Shown piece by piece: positions 63,135-64,000 of a stretch of 64,000 nucleotides of DNA. The translations under genes were made by a program, and so were the position numbers. How positions within the stretch are numbered: the stretch's first letter is position 1; the number at the start of each line of letters is the position of its first letter. The stretch is from Mustelus asterias (taxonomy: Eukaryota). Under the pieces are notes generated by a model, which made no database searches, was not told the DNA's origin, and saw only the letters and a list, made by a program, of their open reading frames with translations. The stretch is taken from contig NC_135830.1 in assembly GCF_964213995.1 (NCBI RefSeq), positions 11,780,001-11,844,000 of the forward strand, read 5' to 3'.

Positions 63135-63275
63135 TGATTGGAGATGACGGCGTTGGACTGGGGTAAACACACTAAGAGTTTTAACAACACCTGGTTAAAG
63201 TCCAACAGGTTTATTTGGTAGCAAATGCCATTAGCTTTCCGAGCGCTGCTCCTTCGTCAGATGGAGTGGATATCC
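63135..63275 (-). mobile_element. Penelope pseudo-LTR fragment
   Basis: Same family as 4050-4172 and 19425-19550. Confidence 0.7.
63228..63264 (-). ncRNA. Minimal type I hammerhead ribozyme-like motif
   Basis: CCAT-CTGACGA-AGGAGCAGCGCTCG-GAA-AGCT-A-ATGG: helix I CCAT/ATGG, hairpin II, palindromic AGCT helix III. Confidence 0.5.
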
Positions 63276-64000
63276 CAATATCCTGTCAGATATGACATGA
63301 AAACCTCCTGTTGAATTTGCTCAGTCTTCACTTCAGGACCAGAGGTAAGATTGTGTTTTATATGTTTCACCAGGCAATAACTGACATTTGTTTTTATGGT
63401 TTGGATGAGAACAACAAATCTTCATTTCCTGACCTGTAATCTAAACAGCAGTGAAAGTGTCAAACTCTAACCATCAGACCAGCCTGTTTTACAGTTTTTC
63501 CTTATCCACGCTGCTTTTGTTATTTTAATTTTCGTGCCATATGACATTCACCACAAGCAAGTCTCTACCGCAAAATGGCACCTTCTGTTTCCACCACAAT
63601 GGTATATTCAGTCAATTGCAACAGACGTTCCACGCACAGTTGTTACTTTCGCTTCCAACGGTTCGAAACTCGACAGAAACTTTTCCAAATTTTTTCGTTG
63701 CAGAGTGAGGGAAAGGTTTAGTAATTCAGTGCGAACGCGGTGGTAAATTGGTGGGATTGGTTTACAAGGGTTTTGGTTTGAGAACCTGAGCATACAGTGC
63801 AGGGAATCCATCAACACAATACTCACACAGGAAAATCAAGACATTTTCAAAAGGTTACTACGCTTGCGGGCATTCACTTTATCCCTGGTCACCAGTTTAG
63901 AGGACGCCATGTTTGTTGGTTCAGACAGTTGGCTGTGTGTATATTGTTATTCATTCATGGGTTGTGGATGTGTACCCCACTCGCTATTTCTGTTATTCAT

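Overview
Eukaryotic DNA, almost certainly from a cartilaginous fish (shark). This is inferred from HE1-type SINEs, abundant CR1 LINEs and an IgM constant region very like that of horn shark. The window has four layers. (1) Two intact-looking two-exon class-A GPCR genes of the GPR139/GPR142-like type on the minus strand (10502-4386 and 40178-37553). Each has a 70-nt first exon that the ORF track misses. (2) Between them, the 3' half of an IgM heavy-chain gene (CH3, CH4 plus secretory tail, TM1, TM2; + strand). It has no V/D/J/CH1/CH2, carries a frameshift and an apparently mutated acceptor, and has a perfect 30-bp inverted repeat covering the TM1 splice acceptor. (3) A decayed tRNA-gene landscape: near-intact Leu(AAG) and Glu(TTC) genes, many relics including an intron-bearing Pro(TGG), and a ~16-kb array of ~1.1-kb tRNA-Val units that reverses orientation around a Rex1-like LINE. 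(4) Mobile elements: CR1, Rex1/Babar-like, L2, HE1 SINEs, a deleted Tigger/pogo element and Penelope-like elements with minimal hammerhead-ribozyme motifs. There are two assembly gaps. Family assignments come from motif recognition and recall, not database searches, and repeat boundaries are approximate.
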